Shown here: piece after piece, positions 26,039-35,583 of the stretch
Position numbering within the stretch: the stretch's first letter is position 1
Layout: every line of letters begins with the position of its first letter
Origin: an uncultured bacterium
Lineage (GTDB): Bacteria; CAYJRR01
NCBI GenBank assembly: GCA_964372275.1
Contig: CAYJRR010000003.1
Location: 12,638-76,637 of the forward strand
DNA: 64,000 nt
Reading direction: 5' to 3'
The notes under the pieces: generated by a model
Told to the model about the DNA's origin: nothing
What the model saw: only the letters and a program-made list of their open reading frames with translations
Databases searched by the model: none
Translations under genes and position numbers: made by a program

Positions 26039-28147
26039 CTACGTGGCGTTTCGGCCGTCGACGGTGACGGTCCCGCGTTCGACGTCGACGAAGATCTTGG
26101 TCTCCCGGTCGGCGGCGATCTCGACGACGCGGTCGGCCTGGAATCCGGCGCGCGCGTTGATGAACTGGAACGCGTGTCGCCCGGCCGGGAGCTCCAGCCG
26201 GCGCAGCGGATCGCCGGCGCTGATCTGGCGGCCGCCGGTCCAGACTTCGACCCACGGGTCGGCGAGCACGGTGATCCACCCGCCGCGCACCGCCCCCGGC
26301 TTCGCCGCCTCGGTGACGGTGCGTGCCTTCGCCGACTCGGTGGGGGTGCGTGGCGCCGCTGCCGGGGTCGTTTCGCCGGCCGCGCGCGCCGTCGCCGGTC
26401 TCCCGACATCTCCGACCGCGATCGAGGGCGCGGTCGGGGCGACGTCGGCGGCGCGGGACGGCGCGGGCCGCTCGACCGACTCCGGCCGTGGCGCGGCGCG
26501 CCGCGTGGCGGGCGTCGACGCCGGCCGGTCCGCGTCGGCGAGGCTCGTGGCGTCGGTGCCCGGCGACCGTTCCACCACCGGCTCGGCGGGCACGGCCACG
26601 GCAATGGCCGTCGCCGGACGTTCCGAAACGACGCCGATCCGGAGACCGATCCCGAGGATCGCCGCCACCGCGCAGATCGCCGCGGCCGCCGCAAGCCATG
26701 TCCGGCGCCGGCGGCGCGGCCGAAGAGGCGCGGCGATTCCGCGGAGCGACCGCATCAGCGCGTCGGGGCGGAGGACGGCGAGCCCGTCGATCTCTCCGCC
26801 GGACCGCCGCGCCGGCACCACCTGGGCGCGTCCTTGCGAATCGACGCGGCAGCGCACCGCCCGGATCGGTTCGGGGCCGCGGGGGCCGACGCTCGCGACC
26901 GGCTGGATTACCGTCTCTTGCCGGTCGTGTTCGCGCTCGTGCTCCTGGACCAGCTCCGCCCAGGCCCGCTCCTCCGAATCTTCGGGCCCCGCCGGCGTCG
27001 CCTCGTCGAAGGCGGCCATGTCGACGCTCGGGCCCAGCCCTTCGGAGGTCACCGACTCCGCGTTTCCGCCGGAGATCACCGTGCCGGTCTCGGCGGCGAT
27101 CCAGGTGACGGGTCCGGTGGAGAGCACCGTCCTCTCGGCCTCCACCGAACCCTCGGGGGAGATCTGGGTCCTCTCCACCGTCTCGGCCCGTTCGATCCCC
27201 TCCGCGCGCCGCTCGTCGCCGAAGTTCTCCTCGAGCAGCCCCGCAAGCAGCGATCGGAACGGGGTCACCGGCGCGCCGAGCAGCCGTCCGAGATCGGCCT
27301 CGACGGCGGCGGCGTCCTGGTAGCGCGCCTCCCGGTCGGCCTGCAGGAGGCGCCCGACGATCGGCCGCACCCGCTCCGGGATCTCCGCCAACGCCGCCGG
27401 CTCCAGACCCTGGAACGCCGCAATCCTCTCGAAGATGGCGTCGCTCGAGTCTCCGGTGAAGAGCCGCCGGCCGGTGACCATCTCGTAGAGCAACAATCCG
27501 ATACCAAACAAATCGCTGCGGTGGTCGAGCGGCCGGAGGTTCGCCTGCTCCGGGCTCAGGTAGCCGATCTTCCCCTTCCAGACGCCGCTCTGGGTCTGCG
27601 CCACGGCGCTCGCCACCTTGGCGATCCCGAAGTCGACCACCTTCACTTCGCCGCGGTAGGAGACCAGGATGTTTTGCGGCGAGATGTCGCGGTGCACGAT
27701 CCCCAGCGGACGGCCGTCGGCGTCGGTCTCGGCGTGCGCGTAGGCGAGCGCTTTGGCGACCTCGCCCGCGATGAACAGCGCCGCCTCGATCGGCATGCGG
27801 CGGCCGCGGTCGGCGAGGCGCCGGAGCAGGTCGCACAGGTCCTGCCCGGCGACGTACTCCATCGCCATGTAGTAGTCGGCGTGGGTCAGACCCGGCCCGT
27901 GGGTGGCGTTGGGATCGCCGACCCCGAAGTCGAAGACCTGAACGATGTTGGGGTGCTCCAGGCGGGCGACCAGCTTCGCCTCCGCGGCGAACATCTCGCT
28001 GTCGGTCTCCCCCAGGAGGTGGGGGAGGATCCGCTTGATCGCGACCACCTTCTCGAAGCCGGCGGGGCCCCGGACGACCGCCTTCCAGACCTCGGCCATG
28101 CCACCGGTCCCGACGCGGCGCAGGAGCTTGTATCGTCCCAGGTGCAT
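26039..28147 (-). CDS. Eukaryotic-like Ser/Thr protein kinase with a TM segment and a C-terminal PEGA-like domain
   Basis: GTGGMAEVWKA, VAIK, HRDISPQNILV and DFGIAKV motifs. TM segment WLAAAAAICAVAAILGIGL. C-terminal WITVLADPWVEVWTGGRQI...RHAFQF. Confidence 0.75.
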   Translation of the reverse strand: MHLGRYKLLRRVGTGGMAEVWKAVVRGPAGFEKVVAIKRILPHLLGETDSEMFAAEAKLVARLEHPNIVQVFDFGVGDPNATHGPGLTHADYYMAMEYVAGQDLCDLLRRLADRGRRMPIEAALFIAGEVAKALAYAHAETDADGRPLGIVHRDISPQNILVSYRGEVKVVDFGIAKVASAVAQTQSGVWKGKIGYLSPEQANLRPLDHRSDLFGIGLLLYEMVTGRRLFTGDSSDAIFERIAAFQGLEPAALAEIPERVRPIVGRLLQADREARYQDAAAVEADLGRLLGAPVTPFRSLLAGLLEENFGDERRAEGIERAETVERTQISPEGSVEAERTVLSTGPVTWIAAETGTVISGGNAESVTSEGLGPSVDMAAFDEATPAGPEDSEERAWAELVQEHEREHDRQETVIQPVASVGPRGPEPIRAVRCRVDSQGRAQVVPARRSGGEIDGLAVLRPDALMRSLRGIAAPLRPRRRRRTWLAAAAAICAVAAILGIGLRIGVVSERPATAIAVAVPAEPVVERSPGTDATSLADADRPASTPATRRAAPRPESVERPAPSRAADVAPTAPSIAVGDVGRPATARAAGETTPAAAPRTPTESAKARTVTEAAKPGAVRGGWITVLADPWVEVWTGGRQISAGDPLRRLELPAGRHAFQFINARAGFQADRVVEIAADRETKIFVDVERGTVTVDGRNAT

Positions 28148-28186
28148 ACGAAAGGGGGGCGGAATCCTATCGGACTCGAGCGCCGA

Positions 28187-28214
28187 TTGCCACCCGGAAA
28201 GTTCCTTCTATAAT
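28187..28214 (+). promoter_or_regulatory. Near-consensus sigma70-type promoter TTGCCA-N16-TATAAT upstream of the Gly-rich lipoprotein gene
   Basis: gaTTGCCAcccggaaagttccttcTATAATcgcc, about 75 nt upstream of ATG 28291. Confidence 0.4.
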
Positions 28215-28290
28215 CGCCGCTTTTCGAAGCCGTTCGGCGGTGGAGGCGGTTTTCGTGGGCGAACGCAGGCGGCACTTGTCACGAATCGGG

Positions 28291-29688
28291 ATGGTTGTCG
28301 CGGGGGTGGCGGCCGTCGCCGTCTGGTCGGCGTGCACCTCGGTCGACCTGGAGGGACGGATCGTCACGCCCGACCCGACACCGCTGCTCGACCGCGGCGA
28401 CGGCGGCGAGGGTTCGATCGTCGCCTCGAACGGCGCGATGGTGATCAACGTCTGTCATCCGCTTCTCGCGACGTCGGGAGGCGGGACGACGCTCGCGGTC
28501 GAGGGCGGGGAGGGGATCGTCGCCGGGCGCCGGATCCTCCTGATCCAGATGCAGCGTCCGTTGAGCAATCCGGACGTCGCCGACGCCTCCCCGTTCATCG
28601 CCCCGGACGACGTCGGGCGATGGGAGGCGAGAACGGTCGGATCGATCGTGGTCGGGACCGACGGCGTGGCGTCCGTCGCGCTCGACCGCCCCGTCGCCCC
28701 CCCGTACGGATCGTCAATCGTGGGGGGCGAGCGTACCGGGGAGTCGACCGCGCAGGTCTGCACGCTGCCGCAGTTCGAGGAGGTCGAGGTGCGCGCCGGC
28801 GGCCGCCTCCTGGCACCGGCGTGGAACGGATTCTCCGGAGGGGTGCTCGCCTTCGTGGCGCGCGGAACGGTCCGCGTCGACGGGCGGCTCGACGCCAGCG
28901 GCCGTGGCTTCCGCGGAGGGAACGTGCCGACCGGAGTCGTGAGCCAGGCGGCGAACGTCGTCGCCGAGACGACCTCGCTCCGCGGCGAAGGGGCGCCCGC
29001 CGACGGCGCCGGCAAGGGGGAAGGGGTCGACGGGAACTCCTGGTACGCCGAGGGGCGGGGCAACATGACCCACGGAGGCGGCGGAGGGAATGGGCTGAAC
29101 GGCGGAGGCGGCGGGGGCGGCAACGGCGGCGCGGGGGGCCTCGGCGGTAAGCAGGTCTCGACCTCCGGTGACAACCCGGATACGGCCGGACGCGGCGGCA
29201 GCCGTCTCACGATCGACGTTCCGCGGCGGCTGGCGTTCGGCGGCGGCGGTGGCGGTGGGCAGCACAACGAACTGGCGGTCGTTCCCGGTCGAGGCGCGGC
29301 CGGCGGCGGAATCGTGATCGTCGTGGCCGACCGCCTCGTCGGGCAGGGGGTGATCGAGGCCCGCGGCGCCGACGCTCCCGACTGCGGCGACGGGACCAAC
29401 GCCGACGGAGCCGGCGGTGGCGGCGCCGGCGGGACGATCGTGCTGTGGTCGACGGGCTCCCGATTCGACGGAGCGATCGACGCCGCCGGAGGTCGGGGTG
29501 GCGACGTCGTGCGGTCGGCCGGGGCGCAGAACGGCCCGGGCGGTGGCGGCGGCGGCGGCCGGATCCACGCCCCGGGGTTGAGCTTCGCCAGCGCGAGCGT
29601 CGCCGGAGGGGCGAACGGCGTCAATCGCAACGGGACGAACGACCCGAACGGCGCGACCGCCGGAACCGAGGGCATCGCCGATCGCTAG
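28291..29688 (+). CDS. Glycine-rich lipoprotein, possibly beta-helical or RTX-like repeat protein, hypothetical
   Basis: Lipobox AVWSAC. Long Gly runs (GGGGGNGLNGGGGGGGNGG) and GGxGxD-like nonapeptides (GGRGGDVVR). The start is taken as ATG 28291 inside the 28240 ORF. Confidence 0.55.
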   Translation: MVVAGVAAVAVWSACTSVDLEGRIVTPDPTPLLDRGDGGEGSIVASNGAMVINVCHPLLATSGGGTTLAVEGGEGIVAGRRILLIQMQRPLSNPDVADASPFIAPDDVGRWEARTVGSIVVGTDGVASVALDRPVAPPYGSSIVGGERTGESTAQVCTLPQFEEVEVRAGGRLLAPAWNGFSGGVLAFVARGTVRVDGRLDASGRGFRGGNVPTGVVSQAANVVAETTSLRGEGAPADGAGKGEGVDGNSWYAEGRGNMTHGGGGGNGLNGGGGGGGNGGAGGLGGKQVSTSGDNPDTAGRGGSRLTIDVPRRLAFGGGGGGGQHNELAVVPGRGAAGGGIVIVVADRLVGQGVIEARGADAPDCGDGTNADGAGGGGAGGTIVLWSTGSRFDGAIDAAGGRGGDVVRSAGAQNGPGGGGGGGRIHAPGLSFASASVAGGANGVNRNGTNDPNGATAGTEGIADR

Positions 29689-30482
29689 CGCCAGAGTCCC
29701 CCTTTGAGGTGGGCCTGGTTGCGGGCGCGGAATTCGCTCCAGGCGTCGAACGAGCGGAAGGCGAGCGTCACGTTGGCGACGTTCGACTCGCCGCTCATCC
29801 CCAGGCTCCAGCTCACCCCCTGGGTGTGCTCGGTGCAGTGCGGGATCCGGACGACCTGGTCCTGGATCTCGAGTCGCTCCTCCACGTCGGCGCGTTGGCC
29901 GCAGACGCAGCAGGTGCCCTCGTCGGGCCAGACCAGCCGCGGAATCAGCGGGAGCGGGATGAGCACGTCGAAGACCGGGAGGTCCGAGACGAACCCCGGT
30001 TCGACGCGTCGGATCGTGCCGGACTCCATCGTGAGCCATCGGCCGCAGGCGCCGCAGCGATCGACGCCGATCAAGGTGGTGGGAGCGCCGCATGCCGGGC
30101 AGGGGGCCTTCCGGATGAACAGCGCCGCGAAGGTCGGCGGGATCGCGAGCACGGCGGCGACCACCGCCCATCCCAGTTGTCCGTTCCCCCAGAGCCAGAC
30201 CGCGAGCAGGCCGAACGCGATGCTCGCCCCGACGAAGCCGGCGGTGAGCCCCCACGAGCGCGTCGAAACGCTCCGGCGCGCCGGCCGTCCGCGCGCGACG
30301 GTCGTCGGACCCGCCTCCCGATCGGGGGGGCGGCGCGGCGGCGCGGCCTTCGTCGGTTCGTCCGCCGGACGGTGGCGCGGGGCGGCGGCGGTCGTCTCTT
30401 CGGACGGCGGCGGGCGCGGCGCGGCGGCCGCTGCGTCGGGGCGCCTGCGCCCGGCGCGGGTCGGTTCGTCGGACGAGGGCAT
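29685..30482 (-). CDS. Membrane protein with two Cys-cluster (zinc-ribbon-like) motifs, hypothetical
   Basis: Pro/Ala-rich N-terminus, two TM helices, then CPACG...CGACG and CCVCG...HCTEH. Confidence 0.5.
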   Translation of the reverse strand: MPSSDEPTRAGRRRPDAAAAAPRPPPSEETTAAAPRHRPADEPTKAAPPRRPPDREAGPTTVARGRPARRSVSTRSWGLTAGFVGASIAFGLLAVWLWGNGQLGWAVVAAVLAIPPTFAALFIRKAPCPACGAPTTLIGVDRCGACGRWLTMESGTIRRVEPGFVSDLPVFDVLIPLPLIPRLVWPDEGTCCVCGQRADVEERLEIQDQVVRIPHCTEHTQGVSWSLGMSGESNVANVTLAFRSFDAWSEFRARNQAHLKGGLWR

Positions 30483-30584
30483 GTGCGTGGAGGCGACGCT
30501 ACGGCTCGCCCCCTTGTCTCGTCAATCGAACGGCATCCGCGCCGGGCCTGCGCCGGCGTCGAGCGGCTCGCCAGGCGCGAACGG

Positions 30585-30914
30585 TCACGAGAGGTGCTCC
30601 AGCCGCGTCGCCGTCTCGCGCGCGAATCGCCGCATCCCCGCGTCGGGACCGGCGGTCGTTCCGCAGACGACGAGCAGCCAGTCCTCTCCCACCCGCCGCA
30701 GCAGCAGCCATGGCGAATGGCCGTCGCTTTCGACGATCCGTTCGTCCGGCTCGGCCTCGTCGAAGGCGGCCTCGAGCATCCCTTCCAAGCCGCGGGAGAG
30801 GGCGGCGATCGTGGCGCCGTCGCCGGCGCTGGCGCGAACGTGGCCGCGGCGGTCGGCGAGGAGCGCCGCGGTCGGCCGTCCGAATTCGAGGAGCTGATCG
30901 AGGACACCCGCCAT
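30585..30914 (-). CDS. Roadblock/LC7-domain protein (MglB-like GTPase-regulator fold)
   Basis: A 109-aa protein whose hydrophobic periodicity matches Robl/LC7 (ALLADRRGHV..., WLLLRRVGEDWLLVVCG). The start is taken at the internal ATG. The upstream 53 codons of the ORF are RS-rich artefact. Confidence 0.45.
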   Translation of the reverse strand: MAGVLDQLLEFGRPTAALLADRRGHVRASAGDGATIAALSRGLEGMLEAAFDEAEPDERIVESDGHSPWLLLRRVGEDWLLVVCGTTAGPDAGMRRFARETATRLEHLS

Positions 30915-30988
30915 GCGGGCGTGTCGGAGTCTCGGCGCCACGTTCGATCTCTTTCGCCCGATTGAAACTGTGGTATAGGCCTCGCCCG

Positions 30989-31633
30989 ATGCCAGGCAAG
31001 CGGCGCGCCCAGAGCCCGGGAATGATCGTCGTGCTCTCGGGCGCGTCCGGCTCCGGGAAGACGACGCTGGCACGGCGACTGGTCGAACGGGTTCCCGGGA
31101 TCGAGAAGTCGATCTCCTTCACCACCCGGCCGCCGCGACCCGATGAGACGCCGGGGGTCGCCTACCATTTCGTCGACCTCGGCACCTTCCGTTCGATGAT
31201 CCGCCGGAGGGCCTTCGTGGAGCACGCCGAGGTGCACGGCAACCGCTACGGAACGTCGGCCGAGCAGATCCGGCGCCGCCTCGCCGCCGGGATCGACGTG
31301 GTGTGCGACATCGACGTGCAGGGCGGTCGGGCGATCCGGCGGCTGTTCGGCGAGCGGTCGGTGCGGATCTTCGTGCTGCCGCCGTCGTGGGGGGAGCTCG
31401 AGCGACGGCTGCGGAGCCGCAACAGCGATGCGGAGGAGGTGATCGCGCGCCGCCTGGCCCGGGCCCGGGAGGAGCATCGCCGCGCCCCGGAGTACGACTA
31501 CCTCGTCGTCAACGACGACGTCGACGCCGCCACCGACGCCCTGGTCGAGATCGTCCGGGCGGAGCGGCGCCGGACTGATCGGGCGCGCCGGAACCTGCCG
31601 GCCGGGTTGATCCCCCCGGCTCCGCGGCGATAA
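30989..31633 (+). CDS. gmk: Guanylate kinase
   Basis: P-loop VLSGASGSGKTT and the GMP-binding region TTRPPRPDE...YHFV. Confidence 0.75.
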   Translation: MPGKRRAQSPGMIVVLSGASGSGKTTLARRLVERVPGIEKSISFTTRPPRPDETPGVAYHFVDLGTFRSMIRRRAFVEHAEVHGNRYGTSAEQIRRRLAAGIDVVCDIDVQGGRAIRRLFGERSVRIFVLPPSWGELERRLRSRNSDAEEVIARRLARAREEHRRAPEYDYLVVNDDVDAATDALVEIVRAERRRTDRARRNLPAGLIPPAPRR

Positions 31634-31674
31634 TGCCGGTTCCGCGCCGGGGCTTTGCTGCGACGCGTTATCCT

Positions 31675-31703
31675 GTTGACATAAAACGAGGTTTTGGCTA
31701 TCG
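31675..31703 (+). promoter_or_regulatory. Candidate promoter TTGACA-N17-TATCGT upstream of rel
   Basis: cctgTTGACAtaaaacgaggttttggcTATCGTacgg. Confidence 0.35.
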
Positions 31704-31754
31704 TACGGGGTGCTGCGCCGCCCGGGCCGGCGGCCCGAGAGCTCGTTGCCTTTC

Positions 31755-33947
31755 ATGATTCGCCTGAGCGACATCCTCGACCGCGTCGCCGCCCACCATC
31801 CGAACGCCGATCTCGACAGCCTGAACAAGGCGTACGTCTTTTCGGCCAAGATGCACGCCGGCCAACTCCGCAAGTCGGGCGAGCCCTATCTGGTCCACCC
31901 GATGGAGGTCGCGGCGATCCTCGCCGACATGCGGCTCGACGTCCCGACGATCTGCACAGGGCTCCTGCACGACGCCATCGAGGACACGCTCGCCACCTAC
32001 GAGGAGATCGAGGCGATCTTCGGCAAGGAGATCGCCGACCTGGTCGACGGCGTGACCAAGATCTCCAAGATCCATTTCTCCACCAAGGAAGAGCGGCAGG
32101 CCGAGAACTTCCGCAAGATGCTGATGGCGATGGCCAAGGACATCCGCGTGATCCTGGTCAAGCTCGCCGACCGGCTCCACAACATGCGGACGCTCGAGCA
32201 CCTGAACCCCGAGAAGCAGGCCAAGGTCGCCCGGGAGACGCTCGACATCTACGCGCCGCTCGCCAACCGGCTCGGGATGAGCTGGATCAAGTCGGAGCTG
32301 GAGGACCTCTCCCTCCGCTACCTGAAGCCCGACGCCTACGAGATGCTCACCAAGGCGGTCGCCAAGCGGAGAAAGGAGCGCGAAGCCTACATCGAGGAGG
32401 TCAAGCAGCTCCTCTCCAAGAAGCTCGAGGAGTACGGCCTGAAGTGCGAGGTGACCGGCCGGCCGAAGCACTTCTACTCCATTTGGAAGAAGATGGAGTC
32501 CCGCGACATCGAGTTCGACCAGATCTACGACCTGATCGCGTTCCGCGTCCTGACCCGCGACGTGAAGGAGTGTTACGAGGTCCTGGGCGTCATCCACTCC
32601 ATGTGGAAGCCGGTGCTGGGCCGGTTCAAGGACTTCATCGCCATGCCCAAGGCGAACATGTACCAGTCGCTTCACACCACCGTCATCGGGCCGAAAGGGG
32701 AGCGGGTGGAGATCCAGATCCGCACCCGCGAAATGCACCAGATCGCGGAGTACGGTGTCGCCGCGCACTGGCGCTACAAGGAGAAGAACGCCGTCATCGA
32801 CCCGAAGGACGAGCGCAAGTTCGGGTGGATCCGGCAGCTGCTCGAGTGGCAGCGCGATGTCAAAGACCCCTCCGAGTTCCTCGACACGGTGAAGCTCGAC
32901 CTGTTCAGCGACGAGGTCTACGTCTTCACCCCCAAGGGGGACGTGAAGGCGTTCCCCCACGGCGCGACGCCGGTCGATTTTGCCTATTCGGTCCACACCG
33001 AAGTGGGGAACCACTGCGTCGGATCGAAGGTGAACGGCCGGATCGTCCCGCTCAAGTACAAGCTCCGCTCCGGCGACACGGTCGAGGTGATCACCAGTCC
33101 CGACCGCGGACCGTCGAAGGACTGGCTCAACTTCGTCGCCACGTCGCGGGCGAAGGTGAAGATCCGCGGCTACGTGAAGCAGCAGCAGCGGCAGCGCGGG
33201 ATCGAGTTCGGTCGCGACGTCCTCGACCGGGAGCTCAAACGGTTCGGCGCCAACCTGGCGAAGCTGGTGAAGGAGGGGGAGATCCAGCGCGTCGCCAAGG
33301 AGGTGGGCAGCCAGAACGTCGACGACCTCTACGTGCAGATCTCTTACGGAAAGGCCGATCTCACCCAGGTGATCCGCGCCCTGGTGCCGAAGGAGAAGTA
33401 CGAGGAGGTCCGCGCCAAGGCCGGCGACGGACAGAAGGAGCCCGAAACGGGGGCGTTCGAGCGCCTGCTCACCAAGGTGTCCAACGCCGTCGGGGTCGGT
33501 CCGTCGCGGAGCCCGATCAAGATCTCGGACGTCGAGGACATCCTGGTGACGTTCGGCCGCTGTTGCGGGCCGATCCCGGGCGACCCGGTGATCGGGTTCA
33601 TCACCCGCGGCCGGGGGCTCACGGTGCACACCGCCGACTGTCCGCGGGTGCTGGCGAGCGATCCGGAGCGCAAGATCGAGGTGCAGTGGGACAAGTCGGC
33701 AAAGGCCGCGCCGCGCGCCCGGATCAAGGTGGTCTGCGTCGACCAGCCGGGCCTCTTGGCGCTGATCTCCAAGTCGATGAGCCAGGCCGGCGTGAACATC
33801 TCCCAGGCGCAGATCCGGACCACCTCCGACAAGCGGGCGATCAACACCTTCGAGGTCTCGATCCACGACGCGAACCACCTGACGACGGTGATGAAGTCGC
33901 TGGAGAAGATCTCGGGGGTCGTCTCGGTCGAGCGGATCCGGGCGTAA
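31755..33947 (+). CDS. rel: Bifunctional (p)ppGpp synthetase/hydrolase
   Basis: HD hydrolase domain (HPMEVA...HD), synthetase domain (YRSLHTTVIGP...EIQIRT), and the TGS and ACT regions. Start at MIRLSDIL. Confidence 0.85.
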   Translation: MIRLSDILDRVAAHHPNADLDSLNKAYVFSAKMHAGQLRKSGEPYLVHPMEVAAILADMRLDVPTICTGLLHDAIEDTLATYEEIEAIFGKEIADLVDGVTKISKIHFSTKEERQAENFRKMLMAMAKDIRVILVKLADRLHNMRTLEHLNPEKQAKVARETLDIYAPLANRLGMSWIKSELEDLSLRYLKPDAYEMLTKAVAKRRKEREAYIEEVKQLLSKKLEEYGLKCEVTGRPKHFYSIWKKMESRDIEFDQIYDLIAFRVLTRDVKECYEVLGVIHSMWKPVLGRFKDFIAMPKANMYQSLHTTVIGPKGERVEIQIRTREMHQIAEYGVAAHWRYKEKNAVIDPKDERKFGWIRQLLEWQRDVKDPSEFLDTVKLDLFSDEVYVFTPKGDVKAFPHGATPVDFAYSVHTEVGNHCVGSKVNGRIVPLKYKLRSGDTVEVITSPDRGPSKDWLNFVATSRAKVKIRGYVKQQQRQRGIEFGRDVLDRELKRFGANLAKLVKEGEIQRVAKEVGSQNVDDLYVQISYGKADLTQVIRALVPKEKYEEVRAKAGDGQKEPETGAFERLLTKVSNAVGVGPSRSPIKISDVEDILVTFGRCCGPIPGDPVIGFITRGRGLTVHTADCPRVLASDPERKIEVQWDKSAKAAPRARIKVVCVDQPGLLALISKSMSQAGVNISQAQIRTTSDKRAINTFEVSIHDANHLTTVMKSLEKISGVVSVERIRA

Positions 33948-33956
33948 TCGGAGCGG

Positions 33957-34691
33957 GTGATGCGGACGTCACGTCCTTCGGGCTCGGCCCTGTTGACCTG
34001 GGCGTTCCTCGCGGGCGCGGCGGTCGTGCTCGCCGTCGGTTGGATGCTCTCCCGTCCGGCGGATCGCTCCGTCGCGACGCGACCGGCGCGCTACCGCGTC
34101 CTTCCCGCGCCGTTCCCTGCCGGCGAGATCCGGGGCAAGGTCTTCGCGCCGCCCGGCGCGCCCGTTCCGCGGCCGCCGAGTCTCCCGGGGTGTCCACGTC
34201 CCGCGGCGGCCGGCGACGGAGGCGTGCCCGACGCCGTGGTGCGGATCGAAGGGATCGTCGCCGGCCGTGCGGCTCCGGACGACGGCCCGGCGATCCGCCT
34301 CGAGGCCTGCGGGTTCGAGCCTCGCGCGGCGGTCGGCCTGGAGGGGCGGCTGGCCCGGATCGAGTCGGAGGGCGCGGGACACCGCCTGCAGGCGATGACC
34401 GGCGGAGTGCGGCTGTTCGACGGGGCGCTCGACCGGTCGGCGGCGATCTCGCTCGTCGGTCCAGGCCCGATCGAGCTCCGCTGTTACGCGGGGCACGACG
34501 GCGAAGAGGCCTCGGTATACGTCCTCGACCATCCCTACGGGGCGGTCACCGAGGCGGACGGGTCGTTCTCGCTGCGCGCGGTTCCGGTCGGGGAGCACCG
34601 GCTGGTCGTGTGGCACCCGACGTACGGGGAACGCGAGACGGCGATCCACGTCGCCGTGGGCCGGTCGACGGAGGTCGAGCTCCGCTACTAG
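33957..34691 (+). CDS. Secreted or membrane-anchored protein with a C-terminal carboxypeptidase-regulatory-like beta-sandwich, hypothetical
   Basis: N-terminal signal/TM segment. C-terminal [25 protein letters not shown]. Confidence 0.5.
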   Translation: MMRTSRPSGSALLTWAFLAGAAVVLAVGWMLSRPADRSVATRPARYRVLPAPFPAGEIRGKVFAPPGAPVPRPPSLPGCPRPAAAGDGGVPDAVVRIEGIVAGRAAPDDGPAIRLEACGFEPRAAVGLEGRLARIESEGAGHRLQAMTGGVRLFDGALDRSAAISLVGPGPIELRCYAGHDGEEASVYVLDHPYGAVTEADGSFSLRAVPVGEHRLVVWHPTYGERETAIHVAVGRSTEVELRY

Positions 34692-34903
34692 GCCGCGGCC
34701 GGGGGCCGCTTTCGGACCGGGACCTTGGTCACCCGGCCGTCGCGGATGCACCGCGTGCAGGCGTAGATCCGGGACGGGGAGCCGTCGACCAGTGCGCGGA
34801 CGCGCTGCAGGTTCGGCTCCCACACCTTCTTGGTCTTGTTGTTCGCGTGGCTGACGTTGTTGCCCACGCGACGACCCTTCCCGCACACCGCACATGACCG
34901 CAT
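34688..34903 (-). CDS. rpmB: 50S ribosomal protein L28
   Basis: [34 protein letters not shown] at -7. Confidence 0.85.
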   Translation of the reverse strand: MRSCAVCGKGRRVGNNVSHANNKTKKVWEPNLQRVRALVDGSPSRIYACTRCIRDGRVTKVPVRKRPPAAA

Positions 34904-34993
34904 CGGAGAACTCCTGCTAGGATCGAAAAAACGAAGAAACGAGCCGATGTCGATACCAGACGACGACCTTCGCCGACAAGGGTTTTTTCCGGA

Positions 34994-35578
34994 ATGAGGG
35001 GTCGATCGGCGAGGGCCGCCCTGGGGGCGCTTCTGGCGCTGGCCGTCGCCGGCGCGTGGCCGGCCAGCCTGTTCCGCCAGTTCCATCGCAGCCTCGAGAC
35101 CCGGCCCGGCGAGGTCGGTCACGTCGGCGCCATCGTCTCCCTCGCGGGTGGCGCGGGCCGTCTCGACCGTGGTCTCGACCTGTTCCTGGCCGGAAAGGCC
35201 GACGTGCTCCTTCTGTCGGGAACCGGGAAGGGCGCGACGCTGGGCGAGATCTTCAAGGGGCGCGAGCTGGGCGCCTACGGCGATCGGGTGATCCTGCTCG
35301 AGAGCCGGTCGACCAGCACCTACGAGAACGCGATCGAGGCCTGGGCGGCGCTGGCCGCGCGCGGCCCGGTCGAGGAGATCGTGCTGCTGACCTCGAACTA
35401 TCATATGCTCCGCGCCGAATACGTCTTCCGAAAGGTGTTCCCTCCGGAGGTGCGGATCCATCCCTATCCCGTCGCCGCCGAAGGGGTCGTGCCGGGACGC
35501 TGGTGGCGGGAGTCGAAGACGAGACGGATCGTGGTGAACGAGTACGCGAAGTACCTCTGGTACCGGGTGAGATACTGA
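34994..35578 (+). CDS. DUF218 (YdcF/ElyC/SanA-family) protein
   Basis: Signal peptide and the DUF218 motif [10 protein letters not shown]. Confidence 0.6.
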   Translation: MRGRSARAALGALLALAVAGAWPASLFRQFHRSLETRPGEVGHVGAIVSLAGGAGRLDRGLDLFLAGKADVLLLSGTGKGATLGEIFKGRELGAYGDRVILLESRSTSTYENAIEAWAALAARGPVEEIVLLTSNYHMLRAEYVFRKVFPPEVRIHPYPVAAEGVVPGRWWRESKTRRIVVNEYAKYLWYRVRY

Positions 35579-35583
35579 CCTCC

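Noticed and set aside
20872-26694. 1940-aa plus-strand ORF spanning nearly 6 kb
   Set aside because: It runs antisense or out-of-frame through the membrane-protein, yicC, PEGA-protein and kinase genes. Its translation is RG/PR-rich low-complexity, typical of stop-codon-poor frames in about 72% GC DNA.
28148-28186. Possible third copy of the MITE-like element upstream of the Gly-rich lipoprotein
   Set aside because: Inspection shows no AAAATGG heptads or CCGG core here. Only the TTGCCA/TATAAT promoter-like hexamers.
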